Shown one piece after another: positions 16,525-24,311 of a stretch of 26,151 nucleotides of DNA. The translations under genes and the position numbers were made by a program. The DNA comes from a virus (lineage: Duplodnaviria; Caudoviricetes), in IMG/VR virus record IMGVR_UViG_3300017760_000071, positions 1 to 26,151 of that record; one strand, given 5' to 3'. The notes under the pieces were generated by a model. It ran no database searches, was not told the DNA's origin, and saw only the letters and a list, made by a program, of their open reading frames with translations. Each line of letters starts with the position of its first letter. The first letter of the stretch is position 1.

Positions 16525-16799
16525 GTAAAGTAGGAACATTTGCCACAGTTGCAAAAGGTGCTAGTTATTTAGCACTTGCATTAAATCAAATGTTAAGACT
16601 AGCTACATCAGGAGCTAGGTTTGCTATTGATTCTTTTGCAGATAGAAGACGCTACAATATAGAACTACTTGTACAAGGTGCTACCATTGAGACTAAAGAG
16701 AATCAATCTGGTGCACAATTAAGTAGAATTGTACGTATTATGGGAGAAGTTGGCGTAGACCAAGCAATTATCACAGATGTGAAAAAGGAGACATCATGA
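16521..16799 (+). CDS. Hypothetical protein
   Basis: Start moved to 16521 (GGAG RBS, ATGA overlap); MSKVGTFATVAKG... Confidence 0.7.
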   Translation: MSKVGTFATVAKGASYLALALNQMLRLATSGARFAIDSFADRRRYNIELLVQGATIETKENQSGAQLSRIVRIMGEVGVDQAIITDVKKETS

Positions 16800-16951
16800 T
16801 GATATTTTGGGACATTCCATCTTGGATGTTAGTAATTACATGGTTTGTAACAATGAACATAGCCATAGTTGTAATCGCACATCTATGGTTATGGTTTATT
16901 ACATTATTTAATGAAAAAAGGAGTAAACAATATGAAAAAATACAAAGATGA
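16796..16951 (+). CDS. 51-aa Trp-rich membrane micro-protein
   Basis: Not in the ORF track. AAGGAG RBS and ATGA overlap: MMIFWDIPSWMLVITWFVTMNIAIVVIAHLWLWFITLFNEKRSKQYEKIQR. Confidence 0.7.
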   Translation: MMIFWDIPSWMLVITWFVTMNIAIVVIAHLWLWFITLFNEKRSKQYEKIQR

Positions 16952-17183
16952 AGCAGGTTGGACTATAATAGATGAAACAGTAGATATAGTAAATGAAACA
17001 GTAGATGAACATCTAAATGCTTATAATCATCTAGTAAATGAAAAACTATTAGATCGTGAAGAAGATATTAGAGTGCTAAATAAGAAAATAAGCACACTAA
17101 GACTAGCTTTATTAAAAATACAAGCTACAGACTTTGATAATTTGCATGAAAATCTAATAAAAAAGGCTTTAAGCTATGAATAA
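16932..17183 (+). CDS. Hypothetical coiled-coil protein
   Basis: AAGGAG RBS favours the ATG at 16932 (MKKYKDEAGW...). Confidence 0.7.
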   Translation: MKKYKDEAGWTIIDETVDIVNETVDEHLNAYNHLVNEKLLDREEDIRVLNKKISTLRLALLKIQATDFDNLHENLIKKALSYE

Positions 17184-17394
17184 CGTAGAAAAAGTTAGCA
17201 ATACGGATAAAAGACCAGCTATAGCTTTTGATGACGCAGGTGAAGTTGGAATAATACAAATAGCATTGAGAACATATAAAAATAATATGGAAAAATGGAG
17301 AGTTGACGCTGGAGGAGACGATTTTAAAAATAAAATCAATGGATTATTAGACGAATTAGATAAAGTAAAACAAATGTTTAACAAAAAGGGGTAA
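17176..17394 (+). CDS. Hypothetical protein
   Basis: 72 aa, overlapping the upstream stop. Confidence 0.65.
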   Translation: MNNVEKVSNTDKRPAIAFDDAGEVGIIQIALRTYKNNMEKWRVDAGGDDFKNKINGLLDELDKVKQMFNKKG

Positions 17395-17398
17395 ACAA

Positions 17399-18112
17399 AT
17401 GATGATACTACACTGTGGTGGACGTAAAGTAGATTTTACAGATCTACAAAACGTACCACTACCAGAAAAAACAGACACTTATACACCTGTAGCATTTGGA
17501 GATTTAATCACCAATGCACAAGAAGTAGCAAGTGACTTATTAACAGAACAGACGTTCAAAGAAGGACATTATGCTTTGGCTGGTAAAGACCAAAGAATGT
17601 TCGCAGTATTGAACTATGAAGGAGATAACCCAGATATGGGAGTATCTCTAGGTATAAGATCCAGCTATGACAAATCTATGTCAAATGGATATTGTTTTGG
17701 AGCAAACATAACAGTTTGTGACAACATGATATTTGCTGGAGACTTTACCATTATGCGTAAGCATACAAAGAACGTATTTGAAGATCTCAGAGACCAATTA
17801 GTGTCTACACTATATAACTTTCAGAGAAATTCAAAATTCCAAAATATAGTTGAAGATAAGAAAATCATGCAAGATACACATCTTACATCAGACGCAGCGT
17901 ATGAGTTTCTTGGCTTACTATTTGGACATAAGGTCTTAAAAGCAAGACAACTAACAACAGCAGTAAACTGCTGGAATAAACCACCATACCTTGAATTTGA
18001 AGGTAAAACTATGTGGGGATTGTATAATGCATGTACAGAGGCACTAAAAAGTACACCTCCTAATCATATTATACAAAAACACATAAAACTGCATGAATTT
18101 GCAACAGCTTAA
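17399..18112 (+). CDS. DUF932/DUF945-family protein
   Basis: 'LPEKTDTYTPV', 'GIRSSYDKS...G...VCDNM', 'RKHT' and 'TMWGLYNACTEALK' are characteristic of this family. Confidence 0.78.
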   Translation: MMILHCGGRKVDFTDLQNVPLPEKTDTYTPVAFGDLITNAQEVASDLLTEQTFKEGHYALAGKDQRMFAVLNYEGDNPDMGVSLGIRSSYDKSMSNGYCFGANITVCDNMIFAGDFTIMRKHTKNVFEDLRDQLVSTLYNFQRNSKFQNIVEDKKIMQDTHLTSDAAYEFLGLLFGHKVLKARQLTTAVNCWNKPPYLEFEGKTMWGLYNACTEALKSTPPNHIIQKHIKLHEFATA

Positions 18113-18124
18113 AAGGAGCAAACA

Positions 18125-18568
18125 ATGATAAAAATACAACAAGGAGATGTATTATTTAAAAAAGTAAGTGGAGAAGAGTTCAGAGCACTTCGAAAAAAAG
18201 AAAGTGAAAAACAATACCCTAGCTGGACTATTACCTCTGGACTAAAATCACACGAAGTTAGGCTAAATGAAAATAAAGCACTACATAATAACAAATGTAC
18301 AGTTGCTTTAGGAGAAGCTACTGGACATCATCATCGCTTTGAAACAGCATCAGATGGTGCTGTAGTAACAGCGTATCGTACCAGTTATCATTTTGGATCT
18401 AACAACCCACAAGTATGTGACTACGTTGCAATAGAAGGCAAAGATGGATATGCTACATTAACACATGAAGAGCATAATCCTGTCACAGTACCTAGTGGAT
18501 ATTACAAAATCGAAATTGTAAAAGAGTTTGATCACTTTTCACAATTAGAAAGGAGGGTAGTAGACTAA
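18125..18568 (+). CDS. Conserved His-rich beta protein (QGDV...GEATGHHH...HEEH), usual partner of DUF6745
   Basis: Motifs 'QQGDV', 'ALGEATGHHH', 'LTHEEH...VPSGYY' and terminal 'RRVVD'; AAGGAG RBS. Confidence 0.75.
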   Translation: MIKIQQGDVLFKKVSGEEFRALRKKESEKQYPSWTITSGLKSHEVRLNENKALHNNKCTVALGEATGHHHRFETASDGAVVTAYRTSYHFGSNNPQVCDYVAIEGKDGYATLTHEEHNPVTVPSGYYKIEIVKEFDHFSQLERRVVD

Positions 18569-19545
18569 TGGCATTTGCTAATTACAACGAAAGCGCATGG
18601 AATATGAAAGGTAATACCTTAGAACTAGAAGATTATATAAATAAGTTTAAAAACTTAAAATCTAATAAAGTTCACATGTTCAAAAGATGGTTAAATGGTA
18701 GTCGTTATGTACTATTATGGGGAAATAGCAAAACCATTAACTTCACATCTGATTGGTCTTTAAGATCATATAAATCAGAAAATCCTAGTAGAGAAATAGA
18801 AGCTTGTATTGATATAAAAAACAATACATTAACTATATTTGATCTAAATATACTAGAAAAAGGAGCTAATGTATTTGGTTATAAATTCTCTTGGAACGTC
18901 ACAGTATCACATCACTGGGGAACAAATACTTTATATGAAGGAACTAAGCATGAAATCAAAAGTGCTAAACGTTGTACTGAATTAAAAAGTAAAAATCAAA
19001 AAGACTTTCCATACGCTTGGAATGGAATGAAGATTGATTTAGGTACATATAAAGTAATCAATAAACCACCTCAGGAAGTAAAAGATAAATTGGATTATTG
19101 GAAAGAAGTTACTAGAATCCAAAGAAATGCATCTTCTAGAGCAAGAAGAGCTAATCTAAGAGCGTTAGACCGTTTAGATATATATCGTAATACTGGAAAT
19201 ATTAACGATATAGAAATGGAAGACGCTTTTAGGCTATTTAATGTATCTGAAAGACGTGAAGTCATTGATGCATTTGGAATGGATACTATTCTTGCCAATT
19301 GTGAATCTGAAGTCTTAGATAAAGACTTAGTAGATGATAGACCATACGAAGTAGTACGAGTTAAAGTAGAAGATAAAACAATGCCAGACGGATCACGTTG
19401 GTGTAATTATCTACGAATGGTAAATCCAAGTACATCTGAAATTCATTTTGAAGGTGTACCAAATACTCAAAGTACAGTGCAAACAGCTTTAAGCTGGAGA
19501 GATGGAGACGCAGGAGCTTACGTAAAACCAATAGTGCTTACATAA
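18568..19545 (+). CDS. DUF6745-like domain protein
   Basis: C-terminal 'NVSERREVIDAFG...YLRMVNPST...HFEGVP...ALSW'; TAATG-coupled to the His-rich gene. Confidence 0.68.
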   Translation: MAFANYNESAWNMKGNTLELEDYINKFKNLKSNKVHMFKRWLNGSRYVLLWGNSKTINFTSDWSLRSYKSENPSREIEACIDIKNNTLTIFDLNILEKGANVFGYKFSWNVTVSHHWGTNTLYEGTKHEIKSAKRCTELKSKNQKDFPYAWNGMKIDLGTYKVINKPPQEVKDKLDYWKEVTRIQRNASSRARRANLRALDRLDIYRNTGNINDIEMEDAFRLFNVSERREVIDAFGMDTILANCESEVLDKDLVDDRPYEVVRVKVEDKTMPDGSRWCNYLRMVNPSTSEIHFEGVPNTQSTVQTALSWRDGDAGAYVKPIVLT

Positions 19546-19549
19546 TTGT

Positions 19550-19623
19550 GAAGCAGTGTGGTTCCTTCGGGTTTGCTCCTCCAATTGTTGAACTCCGCAT
19601 CGTTCGACAAACTGCACTGCTTC
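19550..19623 (+). ncRNA. Candidate structured RNA (three-way junction) with exposed anti-Shine-Dalgarno strand
   Basis: P1 GAAGCAGUGUGGUU/AACUGCACUGCUUC (14 bp), a short c(UUCG)g hairpin, single-stranded UUUGCUCCUCCAAU, and P3 UGUUGAAC/GUUCGACA. The G-U pairs work only on the plus strand. Confidence 0.55.
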
Positions 19624-19650
19624 CTTTATTTGCAAATTGCAATCACTGAC

Positions 19651-19714
19651 GGTGGGGACACTAGACATGCATACAAGAGTACGTACTCTTGATTGCACAC
19701 TCGACCTCCCCACT
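19651..19714 (+). other. Second long intergenic hairpin with an 18-bp perfect palindrome
   Basis: GGTGGGGA/TCCCCACT outer stem, TGCA/TGCA, and CAAGAGTACGTACTCTTG (19674-19691). Confidence 0.55.
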
Positions 19715-19747
19715 AGACGTGTTAACTTAATAAAAACAGGAGTTAGA

Positions 19748-20422
19748 ATGAATAAATTCTACGAAATACTGAGAAATGAAGACTATAAACCATTTGTAGA
19801 AACAAAAGGTGGTGGTAATTTCTCAGCAGACTATGTGTCTTGGGCAGTAATGCATGATCATTTGAAAAGACATTTTCAATATGTTGCATATAAGACACAT
19901 GAATACCAAATCACTAAAGATGGTACTACTCTAACTTTACCATACATGCTATTACCAAATGGTACTGCAGTAGTTAAAGTTACTCTTACATTAGAAGATA
20001 ATGAAGGAGATAGACAAACACATGAAGAATGTCTAGCAGTACGTAACTTTAAAATGAGTGCAGAAACATCTCCAGATGCTGCACAAGTAGAAAATACCAT
20101 CAGACGTTGTATAGCAAAAGCAGGTAGCATGTTAACTGGTTTTGGTATAGAACTATGGTTTGGAGAAGACATTAAAGATCTAGATTATAGACCAGAAACA
20201 TTGAGAAATGGTCAAAAACCTAAAGAAGGTCATATAACAATAGATCAAAATGTAAAATTAGATAGACTTAGCAGAGACCCTGTATTCAAAGGAACTGATA
20301 CGTCTACTAAAGTAAAAACTTTAATCAATTCAAATCCAACAGAAGAGAAAGCACAAGCTGCTATTGATAAATTGGATAAGAAGATTAAAGAACTAAGAAA
20401 AAAACAAAAGGAGGCAGCATAG
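19748..20422 (+). CDS. sak: Sak / DUF1071 (Rad52-like) single-strand annealing protein
   Basis: AGGAG RBS before ATG 19748; 'YVSWA...VKVTL...QVENTIRRCIAKA...GFGIELWFGED'. Confidence 0.85.
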   Translation: MNKFYEILRNEDYKPFVETKGGGNFSADYVSWAVMHDHLKRHFQYVAYKTHEYQITKDGTTLTLPYMLLPNGTAVVKVTLTLEDNEGDRQTHEECLAVRNFKMSAETSPDAAQVENTIRRCIAKAGSMLTGFGIELWFGEDIKDLDYRPETLRNGQKPKEGHITIDQNVKLDRLSRDPVFKGTDTSTKVKTLINSNPTEEKAQAAIDKLDKKIKELRKKQKEAA

Positions 20423-20971
20423 ATGCCGTACGAAAAAACAGGAACAGTCAAATCTGTGAAAATAGATTATGACGTTGAAAAACAGTGGGGGAATTGGAAC
20501 CCCACTTTTGATATGTTCTTAACTATAACATACAACGATGGACAAGACTGGGATAACACCTTAGAAATCTATGGAAATGTAAAAAAAGACATAGAGACTA
20601 CGGATCAAAAGTCTTGGGGATCAGCATTTAAAATAAAGAACTTCTTTGAATCAGTATTTAAAGAAAAAGATCTTTATATGAATAATGATTACACAATTCC
20701 AGATAAATGGTGTGACGTAGCTATAGGAAGACAATTTATGTTGTGTTCTTATAAAACTACAAAACTCAAGAAAAGCGGTAAGCATTTCTGGGACACCTAT
20801 AAGATTGTTGCTAGATCAGATGCAGCACAAGGTACATTGAAGACGAAAGTCATGAAAGATGTACAAGATGGATGGATTAAGAACTATTTTACAGAAGATA
20901 TGGATAAAGATATTGAAACATCTGCTCCAGCAAAACCTTCTGCAAAAGCCGATTTCGATCTGGACATTTAA
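20423..20971 (+). CDS. Putative single-stranded DNA-binding protein
   Basis: Directly after sak, with an aromatic beta-rich core and an acidic tail 'ADFDLDI'; AGGAGG RBS. The function is inferred from context. Confidence 0.5.
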   Translation: MPYEKTGTVKSVKIDYDVEKQWGNWNPTFDMFLTITYNDGQDWDNTLEIYGNVKKDIETTDQKSWGSAFKIKNFFESVFKEKDLYMNNDYTIPDKWCDVAIGRQFMLCSYKTTKLKKSGKHFWDTYKIVARSDAAQGTLKTKVMKDVQDGWIKNYFTEDMDKDIETSAPAKPSAKADFDLDI

Positions 20972-20972
20972 C

Positions 20973-21245
20973 ATGAAAGTACCAACTGTTAAATTCATAA
21001 TAAAGAAATGGCTGAGAAATAGATTAGACAATGGTATAGAAACAGTCGCTTCTCATGAAATTGAAACAAATTTGGTCAATTACGGAAACGAGTATTGGGG
21101 GAAATTACATACCCCCAGTACTTATTCACGTGCTTGGAGACATTTAAAAAGTGGAACCGAGCTAGACGATATTGATGTTTCAACGATTAAAGAAGTTAAG
21201 ACAGAAAGTGCGGAGACAACATGGAGACTAATAACTGGTGGGTAG
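20973..21245 (+). CDS. Small putative winged-helix DNA-binding protein
   Basis: Start moved to 20973 (MKVPTVKFIIKKWL...); helix 'TPSTYSRAWRHLK' followed by a beta hairpin. Confidence 0.5.
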   Translation: MKVPTVKFIIKKWLRNRLDNGIETVASHEIETNLVNYGNEYWGKLHTPSTYSRAWRHLKSGTELDDIDVSTIKEVKTESAETTWRLITGG

Positions 21246-23044
21246 AATACGCTACCACAAGTGTTAGCAATAGAAATCATCTTTGCAAACTAGAAGAGTT
21301 TCCTAGTATAGCAGCACAACATCAGAATCTAGAAATATACAGAAGTATGTTTCTTTATGATGCTGATATTGTAGAGTTTGTTGCTAAAAACGATACTGTA
21401 ACTGGATTCAACGGAGTACAAGGAGTAGATAAACTTGTTATTGACATTGATTACATTAAAAATGACAATAACATGGGTAACGAAACACGATTAAAAGTCT
21501 TGGACGTAATTGACAAAATGGAAAAACTTTTGATACAACCAGAACATTATAACATATGGTTTTCTGGTAAAGGTTTTCATATACATCTTGGCAATGTCTA
21601 CGGATTTGAAAATTCTAACCAAGTGGCTAAACAAGTAAGAGCAACCATGCAACGTGACTTTGGCGAACATATAGACATTATATATGATAGCAGAAGATTG
21701 ATACGTGCTGGACATTCTTACAATAAAAAATCAAAGCTATATAAAATACCTATATCTTATGCAGAATTATCTGAATTAGAGTATTTAGACATAGCTGAAT
21801 TAGCACAGGAGATTAGAACTAGCTACAAACCTCATAAAATTACTAAAGAGGCAGTAGTTGGATTAGATCCTATGGATATGAGTCGTAAAAACATTGAAGA
21901 AGTACGTAAAGTATTCGACAATGCAAAAGGAATATCTACAAGATACATTACATGCGTACAGCATATTTACAATGCTGGACATGTACCAAATAATAGGCAT
22001 AAACACCTATTGGCTTTAACAAGCATATGGCGAAAGAAATATGCTTTTGATAAAGTAGCATGTGATCATCTTGCAAGAGCTTATATGACTAAGATGAATA
22101 ATCCATTGGATCCAGTTGAAGTTAGCAGAATCGTTAGTGACGCTTTCAAAAATGATTACAATTACGGTTGCAATCATCCAGTACTACAACCTTATTGCGA
22201 TAGTAAATGTCTATTGTATAAGTACAAAAATCTTGATGAAGAAACAAACATATTAAATGCTGAACAAATGGTTAGTAAATTGATAGAGCATTATACATCA
22301 GACTTCACAGATAGATCTTTTGACTTAAAAGACATCTTTACATTTATGCCTAAAACGCATTTATTTACCTCTGGTCAGCTTATTACACTAATAGGCGATA
22401 CAGGGTTAGGTAAAACAGCTTTTATTAGTTATCTCATCACACAGCTACCTAAGATAAAAATACTATTCTTATCTTTGGAAGTAGATGATTTAACTATGTC
22501 AAGAAGATTCTTGCAGGCAGCAATGAAGAAATCAAAAACAGACATTATCAACATAGTGAAAAGTGGAAATATTAATAGTATAGAAGAAGCACAGAAATCT
22601 ATAGATAATATTCAACTAGAAACAGTAAGTCCTGATATACAGGATTTATCTAGCTTTGTTGCAGAAACTGAAGCAAAAATAGTCGTTGTAGATACAATTG
22701 ATAGAATACCAGCTAAATATGCTGGAAAAGATGACTTTGCTAGACAAGAAGTAATCGCAAATGGCTTAAAAGATTTAGCAATGAAAGAAGATGTTATTGT
22801 GTTAGCAGTACATCACATTTCTAAATCAGCATCTTACAATTTCAAAGAAACAAATACATTGGACGTGCATAGTGGTAAAGGCAATAGTGCCATAGAACAG
22901 AAATCAGACCAATACATTGCATTTCAAGGTAAAGAAATGAGTAAGGCTAGAGTAGTTAAATCTTTAAAAGCAAGAGACGAATCAAAGTTTGAATTGCTTC
23001 TCAACTACAATTGGGATACTTTCACCTTTGATAAAAGAAACTAA
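21221..23044 (+). CDS. AEP primase(-polymerase) - PriL-like Cys domain - SF4/RecA-like helicase fusion
   Basis: AEP motifs 'LVIDID', 'FSGKGFHIH' and 'D..RLIR'; Cys set 'ITCV...YGCNH...YCDSKC'; Walker A 'GDTGLGKT', Walker B 'IVVVD', 'GNSAIEQKSD' and 'KAR'. Confidence 0.88.
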   Translation: METNNWWVEYATTSVSNRNHLCKLEEFPSIAAQHQNLEIYRSMFLYDADIVEFVAKNDTVTGFNGVQGVDKLVIDIDYIKNDNNMGNETRLKVLDVIDKMEKLLIQPEHYNIWFSGKGFHIHLGNVYGFENSNQVAKQVRATMQRDFGEHIDIIYDSRRLIRAGHSYNKKSKLYKIPISYAELSELEYLDIAELAQEIRTSYKPHKITKEAVVGLDPMDMSRKNIEEVRKVFDNAKGISTRYITCVQHIYNAGHVPNNRHKHLLALTSIWRKKYAFDKVACDHLARAYMTKMNNPLDPVEVSRIVSDAFKNDYNYGCNHPVLQPYCDSKCLLYKYKNLDEETNILNAEQMVSKLIEHYTSDFTDRSFDLKDIFTFMPKTHLFTSGQLITLIGDTGLGKTAFISYLITQLPKIKILFLSLEVDDLTMSRRFLQAAMKKSKTDIINIVKSGNINSIEEAQKSIDNIQLETVSPDIQDLSSFVAETEAKIVVVDTIDRIPAKYAGKDDFARQEVIANGLKDLAMKEDVIVLAVHHISKSASYNFKETNTLDVHSGKGNSAIEQKSDQYIAFQGKEMSKARVVKSLKARDESKFELLLNYNWDTFTFDKRN

Positions 23045-23047
23045 TAG

Positions 23048-23079
23048 ATAGGGCACAGGTTCCTTTATTTGTGCCCTAT
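23048..23079 (+). terminator. Stem-loop after the primase-helicase gene
   Basis: AUAGGGCACAG-GUUCCUUUAU-UUGUGCCCUAU with a poor U-tract. Confidence 0.5.
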
Positions 23080-23102
23080 TACCACATACCGAGGAGGCCA
23101 GT

Positions 23103-23336
23103 ATGGCAGTAATCGAAATTCATTTAAAAAATGAACAACTATATAAAGTAGAAGGACAAGACGCTGTAGTATATATACATGATCATGATATAAATGAGAT
23201 AACAACAATGACATTCCAAAAACAGGAAAGGCTTAATGAAAACTGGAAAGACAATAAATCTCTTAGGATTTCCCTTAGTAATGAGGATATTGATCCAAGA
23301 CAAAGAAAGGACAGCATGGATAATAATACTATGTAA
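23103..23336 (+). CDS. Hypothetical protein
   Basis: GAGGAGG RBS; the 3' end overlaps the next ORF by 101 nt. Confidence 0.65.
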   Translation: MAVIEIHLKNEQLYKVEGQDAVVYIHDHDINEITTMTFQKQERLNENWKDNKSLRISLSNEDIDPRQRKDSMDNNTM

Positions 23337-23457
23337 ACTAATAAAAATATCTATAGGGTATTCAACATTAGGTGGAGATAGTATTCAAATAAGCATCGGT
23401 GTAACTAAATTAGAAATATTTACATCATTCACTATTAAAAAAGGATGGTTTGCATGA
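23236..23457 (+). CDS. Hypothetical beta-rich protein
   Basis: AGGAAAGG upstream; ATGA overlap with the next gene. Confidence 0.55.
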   Translation: MKTGKTINLLGFPLVMRILIQDKERTAWIIILCKLIKISIGYSTLGGDSIQISIGVTKLEIFTSFTIKKGWFA

Positions 23458-23669
23458 AAATACCTAAAGCGAACATACAATCAGAAATGACTATAAAGTT
23501 AATACACTTATTAAGTGAGTTAGAAATAACAAACAGACAAAGAATGAGCAACGATGGTAAAAAACACTTAGATGACATATGGAAACTATTAGGACAACCA
23601 ACATATCAAGAAATTATAACTGCAAAAGAAAAGGCTGAAATGAAGTCAAATCTTGAGGAGGAAGAATGA
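23454..23669 (+). CDS. Hypothetical protein
   Basis: Start moved to 23454 (MKIPKANIQ...); ATGA overlaps at both ends. Confidence 0.65.
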   Translation: MKIPKANIQSEMTIKLIHLLSELEITNRQRMSNDGKKHLDDIWKLLGQPTYQEIITAKEKAEMKSNLEEEE

Positions 23670-23854
23670 GTAGACAATCAATATATGTAAGGCATAAAGA
23701 TGAAATATTTGAAAAATTGCTTAATACTTATAAAAAATGTGTAAATCGTAAAGTTAAAAGTGCTATATCTGATGAAGATTATGGTTATGCAAAAGCATTA
23801 GAATGGGTTTTAGATTTGCCATTAACAATCGTAAATAAGGAAAATAAAAAATGA
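23666..23854 (+). CDS. Hypothetical protein
   Basis: 62 aa, GAGGAGG RBS, 'GYAKALEWVL' helix. Confidence 0.7.
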   Translation: MSRQSIYVRHKDEIFEKLLNTYKKCVNRKVKSAISDEDYGYAKALEWVLDLPLTIVNKENKK

Positions 23855-24189
23855 GTGGCAAAGCACCAAAACAGAAAGGAAATAGAATTGAACGAGAATG
23901 TGTAAACTTAGCTAAAGGCTACGGTTTTGAATCCAAACGTGCTTGGGGATCTGATGGAAGATCACTAGGCTGGCATGAAGAAGTAGATATGGTTATAGAA
24001 CTACCTTTAAAATGGAAAGGACTAGATCAACCATTCAAATTTCAAGTCAAAGGTCGTAAGAAAATTGGAGAGCTATACAAACCATGCGAACATGTGTATG
24101 GACAGATTCTCAAAGAAGATCGTAAAGAAGCGTTAGTAACTATACGATACCAAGACTTGTTAGATCTTTTTAAAAGGTTAACAGGATGA
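23851..24189 (+). CDS. Holliday junction resolvase (Hjc-like PD-(D/E)XK)
   Basis: 'KQKGNRIERECV...RAWGSDG...EVD...FQVK'. Confidence 0.78.
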   Translation: MSGKAPKQKGNRIERECVNLAKGYGFESKRAWGSDGRSLGWHEEVDMVIELPLKWKGLDQPFKFQVKGRKKIGELYKPCEHVYGQILKEDRKEALVTIRYQDLLDLFKRLTG

Positions 24190-24258
24190 AATCTCTTTGT
24201 CTGAACATTGGATTTTCCATAGGAAAATTGATTTCAAAGAAAGAGAATGACAAATGAT

Positions 24259-24292
24259 AAAGGGGGAGTAGGTTGGCGTTTACTCCCCTTTT
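24259..24292 (+). terminator. Rho-independent terminator-like hairpin
   Basis: GGGGAGUA...UACUCCCC followed by UUUU. Confidence 0.6.
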
Positions 24293-24311
24293 AAAACATA
24301 GGATATTAATC

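Noticed and set aside
19586-19715. tRNA-like hints (GTTCGAC at 19602; GGTGGGG...CCCCACTA resembling an acceptor stem)
   Set aside because: No D-arm, anticodon arm or properly placed T-arm can be built, and the segments fold better as the hairpins described.
19637-19747. N-terminal extension of the Sak ORF in the track
   Set aside because: It has a TTG start without an RBS and runs through a hairpin region; AGGAG precedes the ATG at 19748.
24186-24257. 23-aa ORF MKSLCLNIGFSIGKLISKKENDK coupled by ATGA to the resolvase
   Set aside because: Possible, but too short to support without conservation data.
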